Source of the DNA: the human T2T-CHM13v2.0 reference genome, Homo sapiens
Direction: 5' to 3' (one strand)
Length of the DNA: 64,000 nucleotides
Assembly: GCF_009914755.1 (NCBI RefSeq)
Contig: NC_060931.1
Every line of letters begins with the position of its first letter. The stretch's first letter is position 1. The position numbers and the translations under genes were made by a program. Shown one piece after another: positions 30,701 through 42,903 of this stretch. Below the pieces are notes generated by a model, which was not told where the DNA came from, made no database searches, and saw only the letters and a list, made by a program, of their open reading frames with translations.

Positions 30701-30984
30701 AGAGATCTGAGCATATCTGTCTGCAGATGGGAAGAATCAAGTAAGGCAAAAAAGATTCAAAATGCACGAATGAATGCAGGTAAGGAGAGGGAGGATAATA
30801 GAGCAAGGGGTTTTCAGTAGGCAAAGTGGAATTAGATCAAAGCACAAGTAAAGCAGACATGGAAAGGAGGAGGGGCAGAACTCTGAGAACAAGGGCATTA
30901 ATGAGGGAATGTTTATAGAAATGTATATTTTGAAATGGAGAGAGGAAGATGAGAAAACTGATGTCTGATGTTGATTTTATGAAT

Positions 30985-31056
30985 CATCTGATGAACATAA
31001 TCCCTAAATTTATGAAACTACATCTGATGAACATCATCCCTAAATTCATGAAACTA
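30985..31056. repeat. 36-bp tandem duplication
   Basis: catctgatgaacat(a/c)atccctaaatt(t/c)atgaaacta twice. Confidence 0.9.
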
Positions 31057-31057
31057 C

Positions 31058-31322
31058 TAGTTTTCTAAACTAAGGGTTGTGATCTGTGAGTGGGTCATGA
31101 CTCATTATGGAGTCATTGAATCATTTTAGTGGGTTGCAACTAGTAATGTTCAAAAATAAAATAGGCTGAAACAGACAATATTACATCCCACTGCATTTTG
31201 TAAGAGCAAATTTGTTTTGTGAAATTTTGTTGCAGTTAAATTTATATGTATGTGTATCCTGGGTCATGAAATAAAAAGGATATTTTCTGTGGGGTGCAGT
31301 TAAAAAATCCCAAAAACCACTC
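31058..31322. mobile_element. Old hAT-Charlie-type MER element
   Basis: Degenerate termini tagttttctaaact ... aaaaaccact; internal gtgggtcatga / tagtgggttgcaac motifs. Confidence 0.5.
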
Positions 31323-34300
31323 AACTAGAGAATCTCTATAAACTGAACAGAAATATTGCCAAGGGGCAAATAAAGCTTGTACGTATCATGCTGGTTTAGA
31401 TTTGTGTTGAGTAGTTAATACAATGTCTGCCTTATTCCAGTGGTTCTCAGAAGGCCAGAAGCACACATTAAGGAACTAGTGATGTTGATCAAAGGTTAGA
31501 AATTAGACCCAGTGGAGTTAGGGCTGTTAGGGAAATGAAGATGCCCTGGGTGTTGTTGAGGCTAGGTCAAGGTGGCAGACCTGACTTTCCAGACTATTGC
31601 AGGAGGATCCTCAATTATTAAAGCTTCAGTTGTTGGAAAATATCTTTTCCATTGAGCTTCAAGTCTACCTTCTTGTAATATCTACTCTTAATATCTATGA
31701 TTTTGTCTTCTGGTGCCACACACCATAAATCTAATCACTTCTCTACAACAAGGAGTTTTATGTTTTTAAAAATAGCTATTGTCATTTGGGTTCACTTGGG
31801 TCTAAATGTAATGCTAGTTCAGGGAGCCCTAGAGGCCTGGAATCTTATAAGAGTGAGTACAAAAATTTAGTTGAAACTGTAGGCATGATAAGGGACTGGT
31901 TTGTGCAGGACAGAGTCTGTCAAATCTGAGGATGCCCAAACTGAATGGGACAGGTGTGTGGGTCAGCAGAGGGCACACACATATGCAGAACTGCCAATCA
32001 GGAAATGAGATGGCAACCACAACATCATTTCTGAACTCTTCTCCCTCTCTTTGAATTGGCAATATGCCTTGAGAGAGGGCCTGATACCCCAGAGTTCAAG
32101 TCGCTCTTAAATCTTCATTCCTGCTTTTTCTTCAGCTTTTTCTCATGGGTTTTCAGCCCTTCATATGTCCTCAGAACAGCACAGCCCTTCAACTTTTCTA
32201 AATCCAGCTATTTAGAATACCTTAAATGTATATCACTGGCCAGTTTACTGTGCTTCTGAACATGTAAGGAACTTATCAATTGAATATAAAATTAAGCTAC
32301 TTAAAAATATTTGGATAAATCAGCTGTTTTTGAATGACTGATTCTGTGTTTGGTCACATCGATAGACCCATTTATCTATGAGGGTTCCCATATGTAGATT
32401 AGTTTATTTATATCTACAGATACATTGAGTGGGGAATAGAAGTTTCGCCTATAATTTTACTCACTTTTAACAATGTGGACTTTCTGTCTATATTATGTCA
32501 TTTTTCTTTATATATATATATAAAATTTAATAGATTGACATTTTTATTACATTAGTTTTGAAACTTTCATTGAAAAATCTAGTGTTTCATTGAAATAACT
32601 GTATTATATATGGTCTCTTATAATTCAACTGAGTGTTTAATATTGGGCAAATACATTCTTATGTCATTAATGGTATCTAACTTCTCAATTAAAATAAATT
32701 CTCTATTCTTGTGAGTTATGTATTGCACATTAAATTAGGATAAAATAATAATTAATTAATTGTAAATATTTTGAATAAAATGTCTTGATTTCTAGTTACT
32801 ACTAGTATTTTTAAAAGAGAAGCATGATTTATTTTTCAGACAATAACTTACAAATAATCATATTCAAATTGTCATTTTATAAGTAGGAAACTGAGTTCTA
32901 CAGATATTTAATAATTTTCAAAGTCATTTTGCTAGTCAGTAGTAACAGAACCTAGCCTGTATTTCTAGCTTGAATAAGTACTTTAGCTTCCTCAAACTCT
33001 TGTGGGTTAGGTCTGATACTGCAATAGAAAGGCTATGTCTATCAGATTCCCTTTTGGTTATGTGAGCTTTGCGTGGGTTTGTTCATGTAAATCCCATGCT
33101 GAGGTGAAAGTTTTTTTTTCTCTCTTTCTCTTTTTTTTCTGTAAAATGAGCGTTTTGTACTGCTAACATAATTCTTATATATTCTAAGTGAAAAATCATT
33201 ACATAGTTGTCAATGTATCTCACCTCTCCCTAAATAACCTCTACTATTTATGATTTAGAAATGAATTCCCTCCTTACTTGACCTCTTGCTTGATTTATAA
33301 TCGACATAGTTCCTATATTTTCTGCTTATATTCTTCATTTTATATTTAGTGCATCTCAATTGATTTTTCTTCTTTACCTTGCATTTTTTTCCACTTTTAT
33401 CTTCATCTTCCTTGGCTCTCTACACTGAGTATAAATACTAGACCATAGTTTCAACCCATGGGAGCAGAGCATAATTTCTTGCTGAGTACTTAAAATTTTC
33501 CTATTTCATTCTATTTTATAATTGCTTTACCCACTGGTTTTCAGAAGATAGGCCTTCATTATTCCAAAGTATGCTTGGTTTATTGTTTAAAAGACACAAT
33601 AGGCTCACCCCACTTTAGTCCATTTCTAGCCATGCTTTATTCTTTGTTTAACTTTTAATTGCTATTCCAAACTCTACAGTGTCTGTAGCAGATGCTGGCA
33701 CTGCCGTGTCTGTATTACTCAAGCCTTTCAAGTGTCCTCTAACTTTCTCCCAACTGTCAGTACCTACATCTCTGTCTCTGTGTCTGAGGCATTCGTTTTT
33801 GTTTTTACTGTTGTTTTACTTCCTAAAACCACTGAAGGCCATTCTGCTCTTACGTAGAAGAGATATGAGGCTGGACTTAATACAACTTTACTCCCCCAAA
33901 TCCCTAACAAATAACCCTACTGAATATAAACATTCCATTCCCTTTATAAACAGGAGAATTCTGAAGCATAGGTTTTATCCCAAGTTCCAGTACTTTTCCA
34001 TGAGATGAAGCTTCAATTATTCACTCCAGGTAGCTGATTTCATAACAACCTTTGTTGGTGCTTTTTTCCTTCTCTGAACCACTACCTCTACTCCCTGCCA
34101 GTGTTTCCTGGCCCCCTGAAATACACTATTTACCCTCAAATCTTTGTTTCAGAGTCTGTCTCACTAATTTCCTTGAAGCTATAGCTCTCTGATTTATGAA
34201 GTAGTGACAACACTTGAGTTTTGGCAGAATTAAATAAATGTGCAGAACCTGATTCATAATAGGTACTCTAATACTATTGTACCTAGTTAAAATAAATGCT

Positions 34301-35083
34301 GTCTTTAACCTCTGAGTACTTTCTCCCAAATATAATTTTGCTCCCTCTATATCTCAATAGAATGAGCTATTTTTTACTGCATGGACAGAGCCATGCCAGT
34401 GGTCACCAATGTGATAAATCTGAGGGTTGCATATGAAGAGTTCACACATTTTTCTTTTATGCCTGCAACTCCATTGCTAGTCACACATTTTCACGCAGTG
34501 AGAATAGTCTTTTTTTTTTTTTCTGCAGTCCTATTTTAATCACTACAAACACTACAGGGTAATGTTCAATGAATGGTTATTGGAAGAGTCTACCTTTTTC
34601 TTTTTTTTTTTTTTCTCTTAAAGGAACAATATGCTATGATCTTTCACACTTTCCACCAACTTCTCTTCTCCAGGCTTTTCCTACTTATCCTGTAAAACTT
34701 AATTTACAGGTCTTCTACAAAGCTTGACCTCATCCTCCAAAGCTTTTAGTTACTTTTACTCTAAGTTGCCATAGCTTTTAATATTTATTTCAATCAAAGT
34801 GCATAATCTCCTGAACTGTTAACTTATTTATCTCATTAGCAAGATCCTTAATTGATGAGGCTGGGTTATTTATTATTGCAACTCAACACCTAGAACAATG
34901 TTTATGCATACTGACACTCAACTGTTAGATGAATGGATTAAATTTATAAATACTGTTGGAAAGAAGTAAGCTATTGTTAGGCCTTAAAGTGGCTTTAATT
35001 GAATCTAAATTTTAATTGAATAAATTGGTACATCTCAATTGATTTTGCTTTTTTACCTTGCTTTTTTCCCCTATATATTAAAA

Positions 35084-35130
35084 TTACTTTTAATTGCAAA
35101 AATTGTAATTACTTTTGTACCAACCTAATA
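35084..35130. mobile_element. MADE1 (mariner MITE), right half only
   Basis: ttacttttaattgcaaaaattgtaattacttttgtaccaacctaata matches the MADE1/Hsmar1 TIR. Confidence 0.85.
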
Positions 35131-36129
35131 AATAGTTATGGAATATGTATTATTCCACTGCCTCAAATAGACACAGCTGACTATTTCTCATTTACCACCC
35201 CTACTTTTATGTTATCATGTAATTAACCATATTCTCCTGTTTCTAATGTGTGGACAACATTTAACTTGCTAATGGTTGATCTGTGAATATTTTTTACTTT
35301 AGACACAAAGAAGCCTTTAGGTCATATTATACATTGAAAAAAAAAGATAACTTAAAATAATACAGTATTAGGATTTGACTCAATTTCTGCTTAAGTAAAA
35401 GCAAAGAAACTAGATATCAAAATGCATACTTTTTCCAAAGCATATGTAATATAAAATTACATTTATTTCATTTTGTTATATTTGTCATAATTTATCACCT
35501 AATTTATAATGTATTGATCTTCTAAATGTTGGAATACAAAGCATATTAGTTTAATAAAAGGTTGAATAATGTGTTTTACTTACCAATTAAATCACTATAT
35601 AGTATAGCAGTGCTGTAGGAGGAAAACTAGTCTTCCAAAAATCAAAATTTTCATATATGTTGGAAGAGTTGGCTATCACAATGTTACATAGGAGTAGATT
35701 CTTGTTTTCTTTTTAATGGATGCTGACAAGAATGCCTGAGAATCCTATCTGCTGGCATTGGAAGATTTTACAAAATACAATCTGATAGTATTTTCCCTAC
35801 TTAACATTAATCTTCTTATATAATCACTTGGTCTTCTATAAAATTATTTGTTAATTAAAAGAAGTCCTATCATTACTCTTGATACTGCAAAAAAATGGCC
35901 TTTATGAGTAAACATAAATATGTAACTAAAACATAAATGAAATCAGGCAGTTACAAATAAGAAAATTAGTCATTTGGGGCAAGCTGAAGAGTTAAGAAAA
36001 CACGAGGATATAATTTACTGGCACTTCAGATAAAATAGAAAGAAATAATGGGGCTTCTCTCTAGGTATACATATTATAAAATTATAGTATTTTGGCATAT
36101 TTGTAGTGTTGCTATTTTTATCAGACCAG

Positions 36130-36284
36130 AATGCACCATTCTCAGCTGTATTTGAGTTGAGAAGAACCAAATAGTTTTTAATATTGAGTGTTCAAAATAT
36201 TGCATGGGATATACTTATACTCAAAAATAATCATTATTCATCTGAAATTCATATGTGACTGGGCCTCCTTTATCTGGTAACCCT
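36130..36284. mobile_element. MER53 hAT element
   Basis: atacttatactc...tctgaaattcatatgtgactgggcctcc...tatctggtaacccta. Confidence 0.75.
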
Positions 36285-37399
36285 ACCTAGTAGGAAAGAA
36301 TGTTGTGTACATTTTTAAAATACTGATTAACCTAGTAATATGATTATTTAAGGAAACATAAACAAAGGACTATTTCTGAAATATTTTCCAGCGAAGTTTG
36401 GAAAGCAGTCTTATCTATTGTGTTAAGATAAAGAAGGGGGAAAGTCATATTTTGTTTTGTTTTGTTTTTTTTTATTAACTTCAATTTCTTATCACTTTTG
36501 AACATACAATATGTATTTACTTAGGAGTCAAAAGTTCATGTGGTAAATAAACACTATAAATGTAAACCAAGGATCAATGCTTCAAAAGCAAATTTATTCA
36601 GTATAAAATGTCAGAGCAGCTTTTATATTTCCAAATACATAAGATGTAAATTGGAAAGTGTTTGCATTTTAACTAGCTTTAACACATCCATTATATAATA
36701 ACATGAGAGGAAAAAGGATTACAGCTTCTATTTTACTACCCCTTTAAAATTCCTTCATTTTCATTTTTGTATAATGTGGTTTAGAGGAGAAAAATCAGAA
36801 CTGACAATATTATTTAATGAAACTTTTAATTATGTAGATAATGTAAATCTAACACCAAGTCTGCACATTTATAATGCTGTTTTCAACATTGTAAAATTGT
36901 GGTATTCAACAGTTGGGAAATCTGGAGTAATGTTTGTTTATCTCTCAGAATTTGCTATACAGCTTATGACAAAGAATTCAATGTGAACCACTTCTGAATT
37001 ATGATGATTATATATAGATGAAATGTTTCAAAACTTACTACATGTGAAGCACTTTGCCTCATGCTTTGCAAACATTGTATACTTTAATATTACGAGTTTT
37101 AAAATATTAGTATATTTGAAAAATCACATAAACACTTCCTTTTCAGATATGTTTTGCTAGATAACCCTCTAAAGATAACACTGAATAAAGTAAAAATCCA
37201 TTGCTGAAATTGCACAAAAATAAAAGGTATGCAAAATCGAAAATAATAAAAAAGCTGTAACTCTGAGTGAAAAGTGAGGATTGAAGATGGCTATCACTTA
37301 AAGAATTTTGTATTATCCTAGAAAACTTCATCTTTTAAAAAACAGCTTCATAGCACCTGGAGACAAAAGATAAATACTGGGGAATGCCCAAGCTATAGA

Positions 37400-38330
37400 G
37401 TCTAAGAAGATAAACCCCGGACATAAGGTTTACATCCTCAGCTTCAAAGGAGATGGTGCAAAACTAAGGTGTGACAAAGTATGGATCAAAACATTACAAA
37501 GAACCTTGTCCATCATCCATAGTGCTAAGGGAATGTGAAAAAACAATCAATCTGAGAATTAAGTTCTCAGCAGAGTTTTAGTATAATTCACAATCTTTAT
37601 GATGTGAACAATCTCAAATTTACTTATTTTAAAATTGTGTCAGGCAACTTACACTGGCAAGAGGCAAATGTTTCCTAGAGGAATGACAAATTAAACTATG
37701 ACATCACATAATACTCAAGTTAAAGTTCTAAGAAAAATAAAAATCTCATGGACAAAATTCACAAAGTGCAACAGGAATAAGGTGTGATTAATAAGAGATT
37801 AATACAAACATCAAAATCGTACCCACAAAGATGTTAACATACTGAAAATATTACAACCAAAATTACAAACATAACTATGACTAGGAGATTTTAATAAATG
37901 AGAAGCTTGAAAATACAAGCAAGTAAATAAAAACTCAGAAATATTTAGAAAACAAAAAATAAACTTCTAGGATTGAAAAATATAAATTAAAATGAGAAAG
38001 AAACATCAATGAATAATAAGCTGTGGCCTAAAAAATAGACTTGAAGAAATTTCACAGAATTTCTCACAGAGACTTTGGTTGGAAAAATATGAAAAAGGAA
38101 TAATAGACATACTGCTCTTAACTAGCTAAGGGAAAATAATAAAATGTAAAAATTATAGCCGTTTAAATAGCAGAAGAGTTTCAAGTGGCCAGTATTTGAA
38201 CACAATGAAATTAAATCAGAAACCAATAAGTTTTAAGTAGGAAATTTTACATACTTGGAAATTGTAAGAATTACACCTAAAATTTCATGAATCAAAGAAA
38301 ATATCAAAAATAATGATGGAAATTAAGATA
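37400..38330 (+). mobile_element. Old L1M fragment, host of the nested L1
   Basis: A-rich L1-like sequence ending in ORF2 motifs (aatgaaattaaatcagaaaccaataa...tggaaatt) that resume at about 45790. Confidence 0.6.
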
Positions 38331-39029
38331 TTTTATTTTTCCAAGATGGTGGATTAGAGGCTTTTAGCATGCTTCAGCTGCTTTGAAATAGGAACAGTGC
38401 ATAAATATTAACTCTGTGAGGTTTGATTCAAGAAAGACAATGGGAATCCACCAGAATAATGAAGGACACCCTAAATCCTGGGAAGGAGAACATGAGCAAA
38501 AAGCCCCTGTGACAGCATCCAGCTGTTAAAAGTGAGTGAAACCCTAGCACACGAGAAAGGCAGACAGCCTCCTTCTGTGACTCAACTTTCCACTGAGGAT
38601 CTAAGTAACCCAGGGAGAGGGAGAGCCCTTTGTTTCACTCAAGCCATGGAGCTAACTTGGGGAGAGGCTTGGAGGTGCTGTGAGGAATAAACACTGGGAA
38701 AAGCTGCAGACATTTTCCCAGACCTGAGACCGAGAGCAGGATGTCATTATAACCTGGGTGCACACAAAGTCAGCCATTTTGTGGTGACTCCGCAATGTGG
38801 CCACTTGGGCATTTTAGTCTTGGGGCAGAGATAGAAGTACCTGCTGTGGACCAGGGTACAGACCTCCACAACTAGAACAATAGAAAGTGTCTCAGCAGCA
38901 GGTGCTGGAATTGTGCTCCCCACTGTGGGACAAGAGGAGATATATGACAGCTGCAGTTTCTCCTGAACAATAAGACTTGCAGCCAGGAGCAGTTTGTCAA
39001 CCTGGAACTGTCATTTTTCAGTGCCCCAG

Positions 39030-39830
39030 CTGCTACCCTGAGATCATGGTGCAGCAGGCCTCTTTCTTTTCCATCACAAGGCAGAAGTCTAGGCATTTGG
39101 AACACCTGCTTGCCTGGACCAGCAGCTTAAGCCTCCTCACACTTCATGGACATAGACTGTGGTGCAGCAGGGCCCTCTCAGATTTCCAGGCATTTGAAGC
39201 AGCTACTCATCTGGATTAGCAGCCTGACCTGCCCCACATTTCCTGTGCAGAGATCCTGGTGTAAGGAGCTCCTCTGTGTTTTATACCCAGTGAGATCTCC
39301 AGGCATTTGAGCACCTGCTCACTTGGTTCAGCAGCCTGAGCCATTTCATTCTTCCTGGCAATAGATCATGATGCAGTAGGGTCCTCTCTGCTGCCCACCC
39401 AGGCAGATCTCCAGACATTCTGAGCAACCACTCACCTGGATAAGCAGCCTGAACTGTCCCACCCTTTATGGGCATAGATTGTGGTGCAATAGGACCCTCT
39501 CTACTCCATACTTAGGCATATCTCCAGATATTAAAAGCATATACTTGAGCAGATTGGCAACCTGAGCTGCCCCACCCTTCCTGTGCAGAGATCTGTATGC
39601 ATGGGTGCCATCTCTGCTTCATGTCCAGGCAAATCTCCAGGAATTCAGACCACCTGCTTGCCTGGTTCAGCAGCCTGAGTTGCCCCACCATTCCTGTGAG
39701 GAGATCTTGGTGCAGGGGGCTCCTCTCCACTACATGCCTGCACAGATCTCCAGACATCTGGAGCACCCACTCTCCTGGATTAGGAGTTTAGGCTTCCCTC
39801 CTACCTGTGCAGAGAACTCAGGGCTGAGGA
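39030..39830 (+). repeat. About 7 diverged ~110-bp monomers in the L1 5'UTR
   Basis: Recurring core atctccaggcattt...cagcagcctgag...gcagagatc at about 39080, 39181, 39292, 39403, 39516, 39629 and 39742. Confidence 0.85.
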
Positions 39831-42612
39831 GATTTCCTAGTTCCACACACCTAGGCACACCTCTGGGCACTTGGTGGCTGCCCAGTGGATTCTCCTTTGA
39901 CACTGATGTCTGTGCCTGACATCAGGAGAACAGAAACTGGACCTGCCTGGTCTAGCCTTGTTTATCAGGGCCCCCACCCCTCCAGGGATGAGTAGGGTGT
40001 TCAGGCCATTGTGCACTCCACAAATCAGGCCATTGCCTGAGGCAACAGAGGGCTTCTGCCATTAAACAAGGATCAGGTGTATACCGAGCTGTGTTGGTCG
40101 CAGCTAGCTCTTAACTATAAGCACCATCTACTGGCTGGTAGGTCCAACCACAGAGCCCAATATTCAACTGCTGACAGAAGCGCATAAGGCTATAGAAGTA
40201 AAACCAAAACAACCTACCCAACATTGTCTACAATCACATAACCAGGGATGGGTAAAGGGAAAGGGAAATAAAAAAATAATAATAATATTACAGAGAAATA
40301 AAGAAAAAGAAAAAAAATCTACCCACAGGAATATAATTACAAAAATTAGAAGTCCTAGTCTCCAGATGACAAGGAACCAGTGCAAAAATTAAGGCACCAT
40401 GAAATATCTGAATGTAGCAACACCAAAGGATCACAATAGCTCTTCAGCCACATCCCTAACCAAAATGAAAACTCAGAAATGACACAAGGAATTCAAAGCA
40501 TGGATTACAAGGAAGCTCAACAAGATCCAAGACAAGGTTGAAAAGCAACACAAAGGAATTTCTAATGCAATTCAGGAAAGGAAAGAAGAGATAAGCATAT
40601 TAAAGAAAAATTAATCAGATCTTCTGGAATTGAAAAACTCACTTAAAGGAATTTCAAAATACAATGGAAAGCTTTATCAATAGACTGAACCAAGCCAAAG
40701 TAAGAATTTCAGAGCTTGCAGACTGGTCTTTTGGAGTAAGCCAGTTAAACCAAAATAAAGAAAAAAAAAGTTTTAAAAACAATGAACAAAGTCTTCAAGA
40801 AATATGGGATGATGTAAAGCAACCAAATCTATGAATTCCTGGCATTCCTGAAAGAGATAGAGAAAAGATGAACAACCTAGAAAACATACATAAGGGAATA
40901 CTTCAAGAGAATTTTTCCTAATCTTGCTACACAGTAGACAGCAAGATACAAGAAATCCAGAGAACATCTGTGAGATACTATACAAAACGAACAACACCAA
41001 GGCATGTAGTCACCAGTCTGTTCACGGTGAATGCTAAAGAAAAAATCTTAAAAGTAGTTAGAGAAAAAGGTCAAATTATGTACAAAGGGAACACTATCAG
41101 GCTAACAGTGAGAGTTCTCAGCAGAAGCCTTACAAACCAGGAGAGTTTGGAGGCCTATTTTCAGCATTCTTTGAAAAAAAAAGAAAAAAGAAAGAAAGAA
41201 GGAATTAATGAAATTCCAGCCAAGAATTTCATATCCTCCCAAACTAAGCTTCTTAAGCAAAGGAGAAATAAAATCTTTTTCAGAAAAGCAAGAAGTAAGG
41301 CAATTTATAATCACTAGATTATTCTTACAAGTAATACATAAGGGAGTTCTAAATAGAGAAACAAAAGTACAATACCTGCTACCACAAAAATACACTTAAG
41401 TACCTAGCCCACAGCCCCTATAAAGCAAACACACAATTGAAACTACAAAGCAACCAACTAAAAACTCACGACAGGATCAACCTCACGTATCAATATTAAT
41501 CTTGAATGTAGGCTAAATGCCCCCCTTGAAAGTCATAGAGTGGTAAGCTGAATTTAAAAAAAGCACACAGAAGATCCATGTATCTGCTCTCTTCAAGACA
41601 ACCACCTCACAGTAGCAGCACCTATACTGTCAAAGTAAAGGATTGGAAAAAGAAGCATCATAAGAACAGAACACACAAAAAAAGGCAGGGTAGCTATTCT
41701 TATATGAAACAAATCAGATTTTAAACCAATAACAGTAAAAAAAAAAAAAAAAGGACAAAGAAGGGCATTACATAATAAAGTGTTTGACACAACAAGAAGA
41801 CTTAACTATCCTAAATATATACTCACCTAACATTGGAACACCCAGATTCATAAAACAAGTACTTCTAGACCTATGGAAAGATGTAGATAGCCACACAATA
41901 ACAGTGGGGGACTTGAACACTCCGCTGACAGCATTAGGCAAGGAACTAACAAATTCTCAGTTTAAATTTAACAATTGGCCAGTTGGACCTAATATATATG
42001 TACAGAACACTCTACACATCAACCACAGAATATACATTATTCTCACCTGCACATAGATCATACACCAAGGTTGACCACATGTTCAGCCATATAGCAGTTT
42101 TAACAAATTGTTCAAAAAATCAAAATCATACCAAACATACTCTTGAACCAAAGGGGAATAAAAACAGAAATCAATAACAGGAAGATCTCTCAAAACTACA
42201 AAATTACATGGAAATTAAACACCTTGCTACTCAATGACTTTTGGGTAAATAACAAAACTAAGGCAGAAATTAAAAAAAATTATTTGAAATAAATGAAAAC
42301 ACAGATACAATATACTAAAAATCTCTGGGATGCAGCAAAAGCAGTATTAAGAGGGAAATTTACAGTGCTAAATGCCTACCACAAAAAAGTTAGAAATACC
42401 TCAAATTAACAATCAAACATCGCACCTACAGGAAATAAAAAACAAGAACAAACTAACTCCTAAGGTAGCTGAAGAAAAAAAATAACTAAAATCACACCAG
42501 AAGTGAATGAAATTGAGACCCCAAAATCTACCCAAATAATTTATGAAACCAAAAGTTGGGTCTCTGAAGAATAAGTAGGATTGATAGACTGCTAACTAGA
42601 CTAACATAGGTA

Positions 42613-42903
42613 GGCCAGCTGTGGTGGTTCACACCAGTAATCCCAGCACTTTGGGAGGCCGAGGCTGGTGAATCACAAGTTGAGGAGTTCAAGACCAGCC
42701 AGGCCAAGATGGTGAAACCCTATCTCTACTGAAAATACAAAAAAATTAGCCAGGTGTGTTGGCGGGTGCCTGTAATCCCAGCTACTCAGGAGGCTGAGGG
42801 AGAGAACTGCTTGAACCCAGGAGGCAGAGGTTGCATTGAGCTGAGATCACGCCACTGCACTCCAGCCTGGGTGACAGAGCAAGATTTTGTTTCATTAAAA
42901 AAA
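42613..42903 (+). mobile_element. AluS inserted in L1 ORF2
   Basis: Full dimer; TSD aacataggta / aatataggta. Confidence 0.95.

Noticed and set aside
39030-39830. Regularly spaced repeats as a possible CRISPR-like or coding repeat system
   Set aside because: Whole units are homologous with no spacers, no ORF runs through them, and they sit in an L1 5'UTR.
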